Sequence record: NC_041916.1
DNA length: 64,000 nucleotides
Strand: one strand, 5' to 3'
Shown here piece by piece: positions 10,065-18,746 of this stretch; position 1 is the stretch's first letter, and each line of letters opens with the position of its first letter. Made by a program: the position numbers and the translations under genes. The notes under the pieces are model-generated. The model was not told the DNA's origin. It did not search any database and saw nothing but the letters and a program-made list of their open reading frames with translations.

Positions 10065-11603
10065 ATGAGTCCGCTGTTACAATTAGTCAAGATACTAACG
10101 TCTCTCTATCAGGCAAGTAAACTCACAGACGAATCTTTGACTCGAGAACTCCTCGACACTTTAGAACTCATACCAGAGTCTAAGGGCGATGTTTTCACAC
10201 AAGATAAGAAAATCGAAGTATCAATCCGAGATACGATTAAGTGGGTTTTAGACCAGCCAAAAGATGAAGCGGTCATAAAATCTAACTTGATGCAACGTGT
10301 ACTGGATTTCTCTAAAGAAGCTCCTGAACTTAAAAGCAGTATTGAATACGGCCTAGAGGATTACCCATCAGAGGAACGTACTCGTCAAGTTATCTACCAA
10401 CACATCAAAGAAATCCGTAAAGCTCGTTCAGATGAGAAGTTCGGTTTAGATTTTAAAGAAGCGATCAAAGAACCTTTCTTTGGTGACCCGTCTAAAATGT
10501 CCAAAGAAAAATGGGCAGCCTTGGCGGAGATGATTGAACAGAAACTGACGGAAAAGATGTTGGGGGATACAGACCCATCATTGGTTGAGTCGGTTGATAC
10601 GGATGACCCTGATTCTTTCACTGCGATCATTGAACGTGCTAAAGAAGAATCCTCAGCGGAGGGTGTTCTTAAGTTAGGTCTGCAAGGTATGAACCGCGCA
10701 CTGTATCCTGATTGCGGATTACGTCGTGGTAAGTTCTATCTGATTAACGCCCTGACTAACCGCGGTAAATCATTCGGTTTGGGTCACGTGGTTGCGTCGG
10801 TAGGTTTATACAACAAACCGATGTTGCGAGACCGCAGTCGTATTCCTACGGTACTGTTGGATTCAGCAGAAGATGCGTTGGACGTAATCATCGAGCGTAT
10901 CTACAAACTCATCATGGTGAACCGCACTGGTGAGAATGGTGACTTCGCCAATACTCCGGCAGCAGACATTGCTAAGGTGATCATCGACGCTTTCTCTGAA
11001 AACGGATGGGTGTTAAGAATCAACCGTGTTAACCCGACGGAAGATAACTACTACAACATCACCGACCGTATCCGTAAGTTAGAAATGAAAGGTCACGAAA
11101 TCATTTTCTATGCTTACGACTATTTAGCGATGGCAGACCTTAAGGGTATGACGGGTGAAACCAAAGGTGACAAACTCCAAGACTTGTACCGCCGAACCCG
11201 AGCGTTCATGGTGAACCGAGGTATTGCGTTTGTAACTCCTCACCAGTTGTCCCCAGAAGCGAAGAAACACTTACGAGAAGCCGATGATGAATCGGAACTT
11301 TACTTTGCTCGTGAAGTTGGTGGTAAGTCCATGACGGAAACCTCAACGAAGATTACGAACGAAGTGGATTACGAGTTCACGTTCCACGTTGCTAAGATGG
11401 GGGATGACAAAGCCTACTTCACATGGTGTTTGGGTAAAGCTCGTGGTGGTGAAGGCTCTCCGTTAAGTGACCGATTCGGCATTTACAACCTCGACCCGAC
11501 CAAAGGTCTGATGCACGACATTAATGGTAAGAACCAATGTCGTCGTTCATTCAAAGTTCAGCTCGATGACAATGGTGACGAGTTCGACGATTGGGACGCA
11601 TAA
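10065..11603 (+). CDS. dnaB: DnaB-like (SF4) replicative helicase (phiKZ gp118-like)
   Basis: Walker A ALTNRGKS, SAED (S-x-E), YDYL Walker B, TPHQL (SQL-like) motif, KAR-GG arginine finger region. Confidence 0.9.
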   Translation: MSPLLQLVKILTSLYQASKLTDESLTRELLDTLELIPESKGDVFTQDKKIEVSIRDTIKWVLDQPKDEAVIKSNLMQRVLDFSKEAPELKSSIEYGLEDYPSEERTRQVIYQHIKEIRKARSDEKFGLDFKEAIKEPFFGDPSKMSKEKWAALAEMIEQKLTEKMLGDTDPSLVESVDTDDPDSFTAIIERAKEESSAEGVLKLGLQGMNRALYPDCGLRRGKFYLINALTNRGKSFGLGHVVASVGLYNKPMLRDRSRIPTVLLDSAEDALDVIIERIYKLIMVNRTGENGDFANTPAADIAKVIIDAFSENGWVLRINRVNPTEDNYYNITDRIRKLEMKGHEIIFYAYDYLAMADLKGMTGETKGDKLQDLYRRTRAFMVNRGIAFVTPHQLSPEAKKHLREADDESELYFAREVGGKSMTETSTKITNEVDYEFTFHVAKMGDDKAYFTWCLGKARGGEGSPLSDRFGIYNLDPTKGLMHDINGKNQCRRSFKVQLDDNGDEFDDWDA

Positions 11604-11631
11604 TTAAACAAAAAAATAAAGAGATAAAAAC

Positions 11632-11663
11632 AACTCCCTACCTCCTTTCGGGGGTAGGGAGTT
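11632..11663. terminator. Bidirectional terminator between convergent genes
   Basis: 14-bp stem AACTCCCTACCTCC-TTTC-GGGGGTAGGGAGTT with A/T-rich flanks. Confidence 0.85.
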
Positions 11664-11673
11664 TATACTGCAT

Positions 11674-11961
11674 TTAATCAAAGTAGAGTGGCATGTCTAA
11701 GATGTCCAGATCGTCTTCATCGTCGTCCTCAAAGAACATTGGTATCGGTTGAGAATCATCGTGAAGAAGTATCGGCCAAATAGTTGCACAAGCCGTCTGA
11801 CAAAAGTGGGAAGGACCGTTGTAGTCGTTCTCTTTCCCATTCAATATACCCGCAGAGATAGCCCCTGTGGTCGTACCTAATAGCGATAGTTTTACGGAGT
11901 CTGTCACAAAATAAGTTAATCCTGTTCCAAATACTACTCCCATTATGGCTGGTACGTTCAC
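11674..11961 (-). CDS. Small putative membrane protein with acidic tail
   Basis: GTG start with GGAGG SD; two short Gly-rich hydrophobic segments; C-terminal EDDDEDD. Confidence 0.65.
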   Translation of the reverse strand: MNVPAIMGVVFGTGLTYFVTDSVKLSLLGTTTGAISAGILNGKENDYNGPSHFCQTACATIWPILLHDDSQPIPMFFEDDDEDDLDILDMPLYFD

Positions 11962-12015
11962 TACGCCTCCTTTTGGTTTTTATTGCTGGTAGTTACCTGT
12001 TGGTAATATAGTCCT

Positions 12016-12357
12016 TTATTTATTTACGAAGGACTCTCGGAGTTTGCTGTAGTCAGGTATCGTGTCATGCATTAAGTCATGAGACAATTCCAGAACACAT
12101 GGTTTCACACACGGACGAATTTCGTATGGTGTGACGTTGATGTGAACACGAAAATCCGCACGTTCATATTTGGCTTGCAGATCAGGACGTTTTTGCATAG
12201 CCGGTCGATAGATCTCAAAGAGGTCATCGGTTAATTTGGTTTGTAAAGCACTGGCAAACTCAGGGTCCTCCAACTGATGAAGTTCGTACGTATGTTGATT
12301 AAGGTGGATGTAAAGCTTCCTAAAGTACGGAGATTCGATCTCATTTGTTAAGGGCAT
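12016..12357 (-). CDS. Hypothetical protein (113 aa)
   Basis: ORF with AAGG SD downstream of palindrome. Confidence 0.7.
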   Translation of the reverse strand: MPLTNEIESPYFRKLYIHLNQHTYELHQLEDPEFASALQTKLTDDLFEIYRPAMQKRPDLQAKYERADFRVHINVTPYEIRPCVKPCVLELSHDLMHDTIPDYSKLRESFVNK

Positions 12358-12390
12358 GTGATTACCTTAGAAAATAAAATAAGAAGGTTG

Positions 12391-12412
12391 TAGGGGCTCC
12401 TAGGAGCCCCTA
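12391..12412. terminator. Perfect 22-bp palindrome, probable terminator
   Basis: TAGGGGCTCCTAGGAGCCCCTA, T-rich tail on minus strand, directly after 802-aa gene. Confidence 0.75.
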
Positions 12413-12415
12413 TGG

Positions 12416-14824
12416 TTATTTATTAAGTGCATCGAACAACAAGCGACCAATGTTCACTTCTGGTAAATAAGAAATGTTGATTTCTTGCGGTCCGTTTTCC
12501 ACACAGAACCCGTACGCTTCTTTGATACCGTTTTTCACGCTTAAAGTGTCATCAACACCGGAATAAATCAATGCCAACGAAGAAAACAAATTAGGCAATT
12601 CGGTTCCAGATTCAACAAAGTAGTTTTTCAACAGGATGCTAAAACTATCACCTTGATTATTAGGTTCGGTACCAATTTTGTCCAGAGACTCCACTACAGA
12701 CTCCACAATACCTACACACTCTTCAACGGATAGTGTTGAGGGTAATACGTAGATAGAGTCCGCCATGGTAGCTTGGTGACGATCTCCAAGTCCAGTCACA
12801 TCTGTGTCTTCTCCTTCATGCAACGTTTCTTCTTCCCAAGTTTTAATTGGTAAAGTAGCTAACGCCAGAGTATAAAGCGGGTTCTTACACAGCGCTTTGA
12901 CTTGCGCGATTTGGTCTTCGGTAAGTTCGTCTACTTCCAAAATCCAAGGAGATTCCTCTTTTAGGATTTCGGTAGCATTGTCACGAGCACGCAGCACGAT
13001 GTTGTTCAGTGAATTGATTTCCTCCTCAGGTTCTTTCACTGACTCAATACGTAGTTCGTGTAATGCGGTCAACAACTCCAGCGGACCTTCGTAAAGACCA
13101 TGTTCTTCCCCAGCCATACGACGAGCTGCGTTATGCACTGCGTCAAAGAGTACAGTTGGGTATTTACCTTTTAACTGATCTACTGGAGTGAGTAACAAGT
13201 CTAACCAAAACTCTTTGATCTTGCTAGGAGCGGCGTCATGAGACAGATTGATCAATCCATCCACCATAGCACGGTCTAAAGCAGCTTCGGCACGAGCTTT
13301 GATCAGAATCTCCATCATGTCGTCGTCTGCCTTAGTTGGTTTAACTTCAATCCCGTAAGACTCTCTCACCGCGATAGTGTGCAACGATTCTAATTCTAGG
13401 GTTTCTAGAATGTCATCGAGTTTGTCGAGCTGGTCTTTAGTCAACACGGTTTTAACATCAGATTTCATACCAAACAGTAACGCTTTGGTCAATGGCTTGA
13501 TGTTGTCCAAAATACGAACTTCAAGCAATCGACTTAGAGTTTCCGCCGCAATAGTGAAAATTGGTGTTGGATTATTGATATTGATCATGTGGGAACCATA
13601 CCCGCCATTACCAGTCTCGATGGTTCTGAGGATTAATTCCGCTTTGGTAATCAAAGCACCGAAACGAGCGATGTCTTCTGGCACATGTGAAGCTGGAGCA
13701 GAAAGCACACCATGTCCAGTAGAAACAATAATGTCAGCCATTAAGCTCGCATTCATGTGATTGATCAATTCGTCCATGTTACCAGAGTTGTATTGATGGA
13801 ACGCTTCCATTACTCGTGGGGGAAGTTGGCAATACTGACCCATATGACCAGCCGAAGTTGGACCACCTCTTCCCCACACGCCAACAGCAGGGAGTTGTAG
13901 CATGTTTAATACGTTCTGGTAATAAGGATGAGTGGTTGGAACAATCATCAAAATACGGTCACGTAATACTTGGGTGATGTTCAAGTGATTAGTGGACAAC
14001 AACACTTCACCAAAACAAGCCGTAGTTAGTAACGCCAAGTAGCTCGTGCTATCACAACCATCGAAATAAGTTTCGGCCAGTTTCAACATGTGCTCGTAAA
14101 CCACAGTGTTAGGTTCGTTAGAACCTGATGTCTGACCAACCAAACTTGCCATTAAGTGGTTAAGGTGATCCATCAACTCAACTTGGTTCATGACTCTCTG
14201 CAAAGAGTTTTGAGACATTGAATCAAATGGACGTCTTTCTTGGTATACACGGAATTCACCCACCGTAACGGTTTTAGCTATTTCCTTATCTGGATGTTGT
14301 TTATTGATAGCGTCGACCAATCGATTTAAAGCTTGAGGCATAGGTTCCGGTTGGTAACCATACTCAACCCAACGGATTTGGGCTTTTTCATTAAGCACTT
14401 TTCTTAAACGACCGACAACGTTGGCATGGCGAAATTGTGAGTTAATAAAGAAAGCTTGTATTTTCTCTTGGGAACGACTGGTGACACTGATTGGACGAGC
14501 AATCGCTAGGTTAAAATAACTCAAGACGGTTAGACGTGCTTCCATTTCTTCTAAGCCAAATGAGTTAAACAAATAAGCAATAACAGCATCCATAACTGTA
14601 GTGTCTTCTGTTACGAATTGGAAACCTGCTGATAGACAGTCTAGAAGACTAACGACATCTAACGAGGTCATGTGTAGTTGACGACACTTGTTAAAGTCGT
14701 GACAGTAAGGGACGAGTTGCTCTGGTGCAGTTGATGCGTAAGTACGGGCTTCACCTACGGTTAACGTAGTAAGAAGGGCTTCAGTGTTGATTTCGACAAG
14801 TTGAGATGCGCGGATAGTAGACAT
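12416..14824 (-). CDS. Large hypothetical protein (802 aa), mostly helical
   Basis: Long ORF with AAGGAA SD, bounded by terminators; no motif recognised. Confidence 0.85.
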   Translation of the reverse strand: MSTIRASQLVEINTEALLTTLTVGEARTYASTAPEQLVPYCHDFNKCRQLHMTSLDVVSLLDCLSAGFQFVTEDTTVMDAVIAYLFNSFGLEEMEARLTVLSYFNLAIARPISVTSRSQEKIQAFFINSQFRHANVVGRLRKVLNEKAQIRWVEYGYQPEPMPQALNRLVDAINKQHPDKEIAKTVTVGEFRVYQERRPFDSMSQNSLQRVMNQVELMDHLNHLMASLVGQTSGSNEPNTVVYEHMLKLAETYFDGCDSTSYLALLTTACFGEVLLSTNHLNITQVLRDRILMIVPTTHPYYQNVLNMLQLPAVGVWGRGGPTSAGHMGQYCQLPPRVMEAFHQYNSGNMDELINHMNASLMADIIVSTGHGVLSAPASHVPEDIARFGALITKAELILRTIETGNGGYGSHMININNPTPIFTIAAETLSRLLEVRILDNIKPLTKALLFGMKSDVKTVLTKDQLDKLDDILETLELESLHTIAVRESYGIEVKPTKADDDMMEILIKARAEAALDRAMVDGLINLSHDAAPSKIKEFWLDLLLTPVDQLKGKYPTVLFDAVHNAARRMAGEEHGLYEGPLELLTALHELRIESVKEPEEEINSLNNIVLRARDNATEILKEESPWILEVDELTEDQIAQVKALCKNPLYTLALATLPIKTWEEETLHEGEDTDVTGLGDRHQATMADSIYVLPSTLSVEECVGIVESVVESLDKIGTEPNNQGDSFSILLKNYFVESGTELPNLFSSLALIYSGVDDTLSVKNGIKEAYGFCVENGPQEINISYLPEVNIGRLLFDALNK

Positions 14825-14851
14825 AATAAATTCCTTAAAAAAACTTAGAAA

Positions 14852-14879
14852 GTCCTACGCCCCGAAATGAGACGTAGGA
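14852..14879 (-). terminator. Intrinsic terminator
   Basis: TCCTACGTCTC-ATTTC-GGGGCGTAGGA on minus strand, then T-rich tail. Confidence 0.7.
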
Positions 14880-14898
14880 GATGGGTGTTAAACAGAAA

Positions 14899-15339
14899 TT
14901 AAGCTGTTATGGTTTTAACAGCGGTAGTGAGTTCTTTAGCCAGTTTGTGTGTTTCATGTAAGTGGACTCGATCTAACGATTGAGAAATCACTTCATGAAC
15001 TGGCATGGATGTGAATTGATGACGGTGTTTAAAAACGTCGGATAATGCGTTACCGAATGAGAGACATTGGTGGTGCATAGTGTAACCTAACTCTCTTTCC
15101 GCATAAATACAACCAGCGATAAACACTGCTCCGTTAAAATCACATTTGTAATGGTGCATGTTGAGGAATTCGAGTTGACGAGCAACCCGTTCGTTATGGA
15201 TCAACAGCTGGGCTTCCCCGATACCCATTAATCCCAAGTAGTGTTTTAAATAACCTTTAAAAACTTCTTGTTCTGGATCGAGCTTGTAGAAGCAGCGGTA
15301 AAACAAATTAATGAAGATACCTAAGTAATGTTTGATCAC
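14899..15339 (-). CDS. Hypothetical protein (146 aa)
   Basis: GTGA overlap with upstream ORF in an operon. Confidence 0.7.
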   Translation of the reverse strand: MIKHYLGIFINLFYRCFYKLDPEQEVFKGYLKHYLGLMGIGEAQLLIHNERVARQLEFLNMHHYKCDFNGAVFIAGCIYAERELGYTMHHQCLSFGNALSDVFKHRHQFTSMPVHEVISQSLDRVHLHETHKLAKELTTAVKTITA

Positions 15340-15749
15340 GCGTACATTCCTTCTTTTGTTTTATCCAGTGCGAACTTAGCAGTTCCCAATAACGCTTCAA
15401 AGTAGTCCAATGCAAGATCAGCAATGTTAGCTACTTCTGATTCGTCTTTCGTGAACTTACCGGGAATCCCAATCATGTCCATGACGGTTTGTTGTTTGGT
15501 TTGCCCTGTACCTAGGAGTCTTACCCCCTCAGACGTCGTATAAGCCACCTGAAGCGCTTTTGTATGACTCAGCCTAGTGCGAATACGGATTTGGAAATAG
15601 AGGACTATGAATAGCGCTAAGGCTTCTTCATCTTCCACTGCCATTTCCTTGGCTAGCACTAATCCGCGTTTGATGTCCACGGGTTTGAGCTTAGGTTCCA
15701 TTCCCAACAAGTTACGGTAATGGTTAATGAAAGTTCGGTTCACAGACAT
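15336..15749 (-). CDS. Hypothetical protein (137 aa)
   Basis: AAGGA SD, operon context. Confidence 0.7.
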   Translation of the reverse strand: MSVNRTFINHYRNLLGMEPKLKPVDIKRGLVLAKEMAVEDEEALALFIVLYFQIRIRTRLSHTKALQVAYTTSEGVRLLGTGQTKQQTVMDMIGIPGKFTKDESEVANIADLALDYFEALLGTAKFALDKTKEGMYA

Positions 15750-15759
15750 AATTTAGTCC

Positions 15760-16272
15760 TTACGAAAGATATTCGTCTAATAGCTGGTTCATATCAGCTA
15801 GGTGTAATCGGAGTTGTTTATTGATGGAGGTTAACATCTTGCTTGTTTCTTTATGACACAAAGTAAGTCGTAGTTTATGTTCACAACTAGTGATGCAGAA
15901 AATACATTCCCCCTTGTCCACTTGCAAATGAACGGTGCTGGACTCGCCGTGGTACTCAGTGGTAGTCGTGTCTCGCATGACGCCAATGGCACGATGGTCT
16001 TCATAAGACTCCTTTGCTTTTAGGCGTTCGATGTAGATGTCCAGCGTGTCGATCAAGTCCTGTATTTTCTTGGTGGCACTAGCTCGGTCTTTCTCCAGAT
16101 TTTTGTTATTATCTGACGCCATAAAAGATCGGTGGAGCGTAACGTCCGACCGGATGAAAATAGAAAAGTGCATATCAAACAAACCGCGGTCTGATACCGA
16201 CACCATACTAACAAATCCATCCAGACTTTGTTTGCCAAAGAACCCGCGTCTACTTAGTTTCTTCATGGACAA
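15760..16272 (-). CDS. Hypothetical protein (about 170 aa)
   Basis: Operon context; likely start at MKKL with GGAG SD. Confidence 0.7.
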   Translation of the reverse strand: MSMKKLSRRGFFGKQSLDGFVSMVSVSDRGLFDMHFSIFIRSDVTLHRSFMASDNNKNLEKDRASATKKIQDLIDTLDIYIERLKAKESYEDHRAIGVMRDTTTTEYHGESSTVHLQVDKGECIFCITSCEHKLRLTLCHKETSKMLTSINKQLRLHLADMNQLLDEYLS

Positions 16273-16765
16273 TCAACTCCTTCATTTTACGATGTTGGTT
16301 TTTAGCCATATCACTTAAGGTTAACACCAAATCGATCATGGACTGAGTTTCATAATTGAAGAACGTCGTTTTAGTTCCTATTTGAAACATCAAGCGATGA
16401 GTTATCCCGGTTGCGGATTCCAAGTAGATGGTTGTGGTACTAAACATATCCACATGATCGATTGACCACTTCTTGGTAGCGTACCCACGGTCAACGGATT
16501 TGATCAAAACGTCATGAATCAAATCCAATGCACGGATGAGATCCTCCAAGTGTTTCTCGTGCCCACGGAACTGTTTGATCGACGCTTTTCTACCATCTCG
16601 GTCAATCATCAAGAAAACACCACATTGGTTACGATTCTTCATGCTGTACCCGATGGTGTAATACTTGGCCTTGTATTCGGTGCGGATATAGAACTCCGCA
16701 CACGACAAATCAGACTCAACGGCAGTTAACCAATCCCGCTCATAATGGGTGGTTATATCACTCAT
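16250..16765 (-). CDS. Hypothetical protein (171 aa)
   Basis: ATGA overlap with upstream ORF. Confidence 0.7.
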   Translation of the reverse strand: MSDITTHYERDWLTAVESDLSCAEFYIRTEYKAKYYTIGYSMKNRNQCGVFLMIDRDGRKASIKQFRGHEKHLEDLIRALDLIHDVLIKSVDRGYATKKWSIDHVDMFSTTTIYLESATGITHRLMFQIGTKTTFFNYETQSMIDLVLTLSDMAKNQHRKMKELIVHEETK

Positions 16766-17634
16766 GATAACTCCTGTGGACTGGCAATGTAAAGATCTTT
16801 AACCGGTTGTTTGTTAGCAAGAACTCTGGTTAAAGTGTTAAGGTCTCTCAAGTAGATACGACGAATATCACTTGTTAGTTTGCCTTTAACCGTATAAGCC
16901 GTTTTAAAGTGGTAGCCATTAATGTAAGCCAAGTGTTCTTCAGTTTCCACTTCCGGATCAAATCTAACCGTATCAAACGTACCCAAGAAAGGAGTTAGCT
17001 CACCAAGACAATCGAAGTCATACATCTCGACTTGTACAGCCAACAAGTTCAAATTACATTGAAGCTTGTTAGGTAAAGATGTTTTATCGACGAACTTCTT
17101 ACCAACGGATTTATCGCCCAAAGGTTTAGTGTAGACGAGTTTAGGGAAGTGGTTATGAACATGATACTCAACTTTGCTTTCTTCCACTAAGAACTTAGCG
17201 ACGTAACGCATTGCTCGAATAGCGTGAGCGAGTTTCTCATCGGTCATTTCCAAACGATCAAGATGTTCTAAGAAACGATACATCTCCATAGAAGCATCAT
17301 GGTATTTCTCCAACCATGCTTCAAAAGGATTATTCTCCTTGATAGCCGCCTTATCACCTTTATTTGACCACAAGGTTTGAAGGATAGGATGATGTTCGTG
17401 TTCTTTATTTTTATCCAGTTGCTTCAGGATATCTTGTTCGCTCTCTAAACCAGCACGCCACCCGGTAATGGCGTCGCAGTAATCGTAATAATAATCGTGA
17501 TTAGCAACGCGTTGGTATAGTTTGATTAGCTCTGGCATTTGTTTCATGATCTTCTTTTCGAAACGAGTAGCAAAGCGTTGTACATAGGTTAGTTTAGTCA
17601 TGGTGATGTTCTCTTTGTTGTCGGTTGTTGTCAT
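16762..17634 (-). CDS. Hypothetical protein (290 aa) with HDYYYDY motif
   Basis: First gene after a long structured leader. Confidence 0.75.
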   Translation of the reverse strand: MTTTDNKENITMTKLTYVQRFATRFEKKIMKQMPELIKLYQRVANHDYYYDYCDAITGWRAGLESEQDILKQLDKNKEHEHHPILQTLWSNKGDKAAIKENNPFEAWLEKYHDASMEMYRFLEHLDRLEMTDEKLAHAIRAMRYVAKFLVEESKVEYHVHNHFPKLVYTKPLGDKSVGKKFVDKTSLPNKLQCNLNLLAVQVEMYDFDCLGELTPFLGTFDTVRFDPEVETEEHLAYINGYHFKTAYTVKGKLTSDIRRIYLRDLNTLTRVLANKQPVKDLYIASPQELS

Positions 17635-17819
17635 GGTCTAAAGACCTTTAGGGTGTATACGTTAAATAACCTTTATCCGTATTACTCCGTAATACTCACC
17701 GTATGTACTCCATCACTTCGTAATGTCATACATACTCTAAGGTATATTTAACTATATATTAATTAAATTATCTTCGATGTTTTCAAGTCTTTGCCCCCTC
17801 CCCCATTAGAATAGATTTC

Positions 17820-18104
17820 TCAGTTAAAAATTATTCTTTTTTTATTGAGTTTGGAAAGGATGACTCGGTCATCGTAAGCCAAGTTGAGTTTATCAACGGT
17901 GTATTCGTAACCTAAACGGTCAAGAGTATGGAGAATCAAATCGTCATGCACATCCTTTTCATGTTCGATGTACCACGTTTTGTTGTTCCATTGAAATTGG
18001 TCGTACGGGATGACGTAGATGTGTTTCCCTACTCGTGTACAACGAAGTGTCAACGTGCATTCCATGTTGACGTAGCAATCCAAATTCCCTAAGTGTTCAT
18101 ACAT
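17820..18104 (-). CDS. Hypothetical protein (94 aa, MYEHLGNLDC...)
   Basis: Start moved to ATG 18104, which overlaps the end of the 57-aa ORF. Confidence 0.6.
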   Translation of the reverse strand: MYEHLGNLDCYVNMECTLTLRCTRVGKHIYVIPYDQFQWNNKTWYIEHEKDVHDDLILHTLDRLGYEYTVDKLNLAYDDRVILSKLNKKRIIFN

Positions 18105-18270
18105 AGGTCTGGATTGTTTTGATCTTATCCATTTTAACATCGTCATGCTCCTCATAAAGCTTAGACATCACCCCACTCAGAACTTGATCGAATTCAGACA
18201 TCTCCGATTTCGGTTGCTCTTTGGTGTGGTGTTGGTTGACAGGGTTAGTTTGATGAACAGGTTTAATCAT
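18097..18270 (-). CDS. Small hypothetical protein (57 aa) absent from the ORF track
   Basis: MIKPVHQTNPVNQHHTKEQPKSEMSEFDQVLSGVMSKLYEEHDDVKMDKIKTIQTYV; GGGAG SD, fills the gap exactly. Confidence 0.7.
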   Translation of the reverse strand: MIKPVHQTNPVNQHHTKEQPKSEMSEFDQVLSGVMSKLYEEHDDVKMDKIKTIQTYV

Positions 18271-18279
18271 AAAGACTCC

Positions 18280-18309
18280 CTACAGGAACCCCGTTAGGAG
18301 CTCCTGTAG
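18280..18309 (-). terminator. Hairpin after HTH gene, directly upstream of next SD
   Basis: CTACAGGAGCTCC-TAAC-GGGGTTCCTGTAG, 13-bp stem with G:U pairs; weak U tract. Confidence 0.55.
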
Positions 18310-18323
18310 TTGATTGTGAGAGG

Positions 18324-18695
18324 TTATTCAGTTTTGTTTGCAATACGACGAGCGTAATCGAATTCGTCTTTGTATTCGACTTCATCGTACGCAGAGCTGG
18401 ACTTACGGACATTGTACTTATCCATCGCAAACGAGTAATGAGTTACTCCTCGGCGACGTTGGATTTGCATCACGTAGTTGATGTTCAAACGATCCATGAT
18501 ATCCAAAGTACGATTTAAGGAGACACACTTGATGGTGCCGTTCTTGATACCGCTAAGGGTGGTTGGGGAACAGCTCGCTTCCAAAGCCATCGCCTTGATA
18601 CTCTTAACGCGGTGGTTACGGTATAACCAGCTGCTTAGTTGAGTCAAAGCGAAAATCTTAACTTGGTTCAGTGTGCCTTCTTTCTTAATAGTCAT
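18324..18695 (-). CDS. XRE/Cro-C1-type helix-turn-helix protein
   Basis: SIKAMALEASCSPTTLSGIKNG...VSLNRTLDIMDRL matches the XRE HTH pattern. Confidence 0.75.
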   Translation of the reverse strand: MTIKKEGTLNQVKIFALTQLSSWLYRNHRVKSIKAMALEASCSPTTLSGIKNGTIKCVSLNRTLDIMDRLNINYVMQIQRRRGVTHYSFAMDKYNVRKSSSAYDEVEYKDEFDYARRIANKTE

Positions 18696-18746
18696 GGAAA
18701 ATATCCTTAAATTAATTGTGAGATCAGTTGTTATCAGTTTACTGAA

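Noticed and set aside
17677-17737. Possible mini CRISPR array
   Set aside because: Units are 11-12 nt, degenerate and lack spacers; no cas genes. Kept only as a regulatory candidate.
17780-17804. Plus-strand half promoter TTTTCAAGTCT and CCCCCTCCCCC tract
   Set aside because: TATAT core is missing and no plus-strand gene follows; two G runs are too few for a confident quadruplex call.
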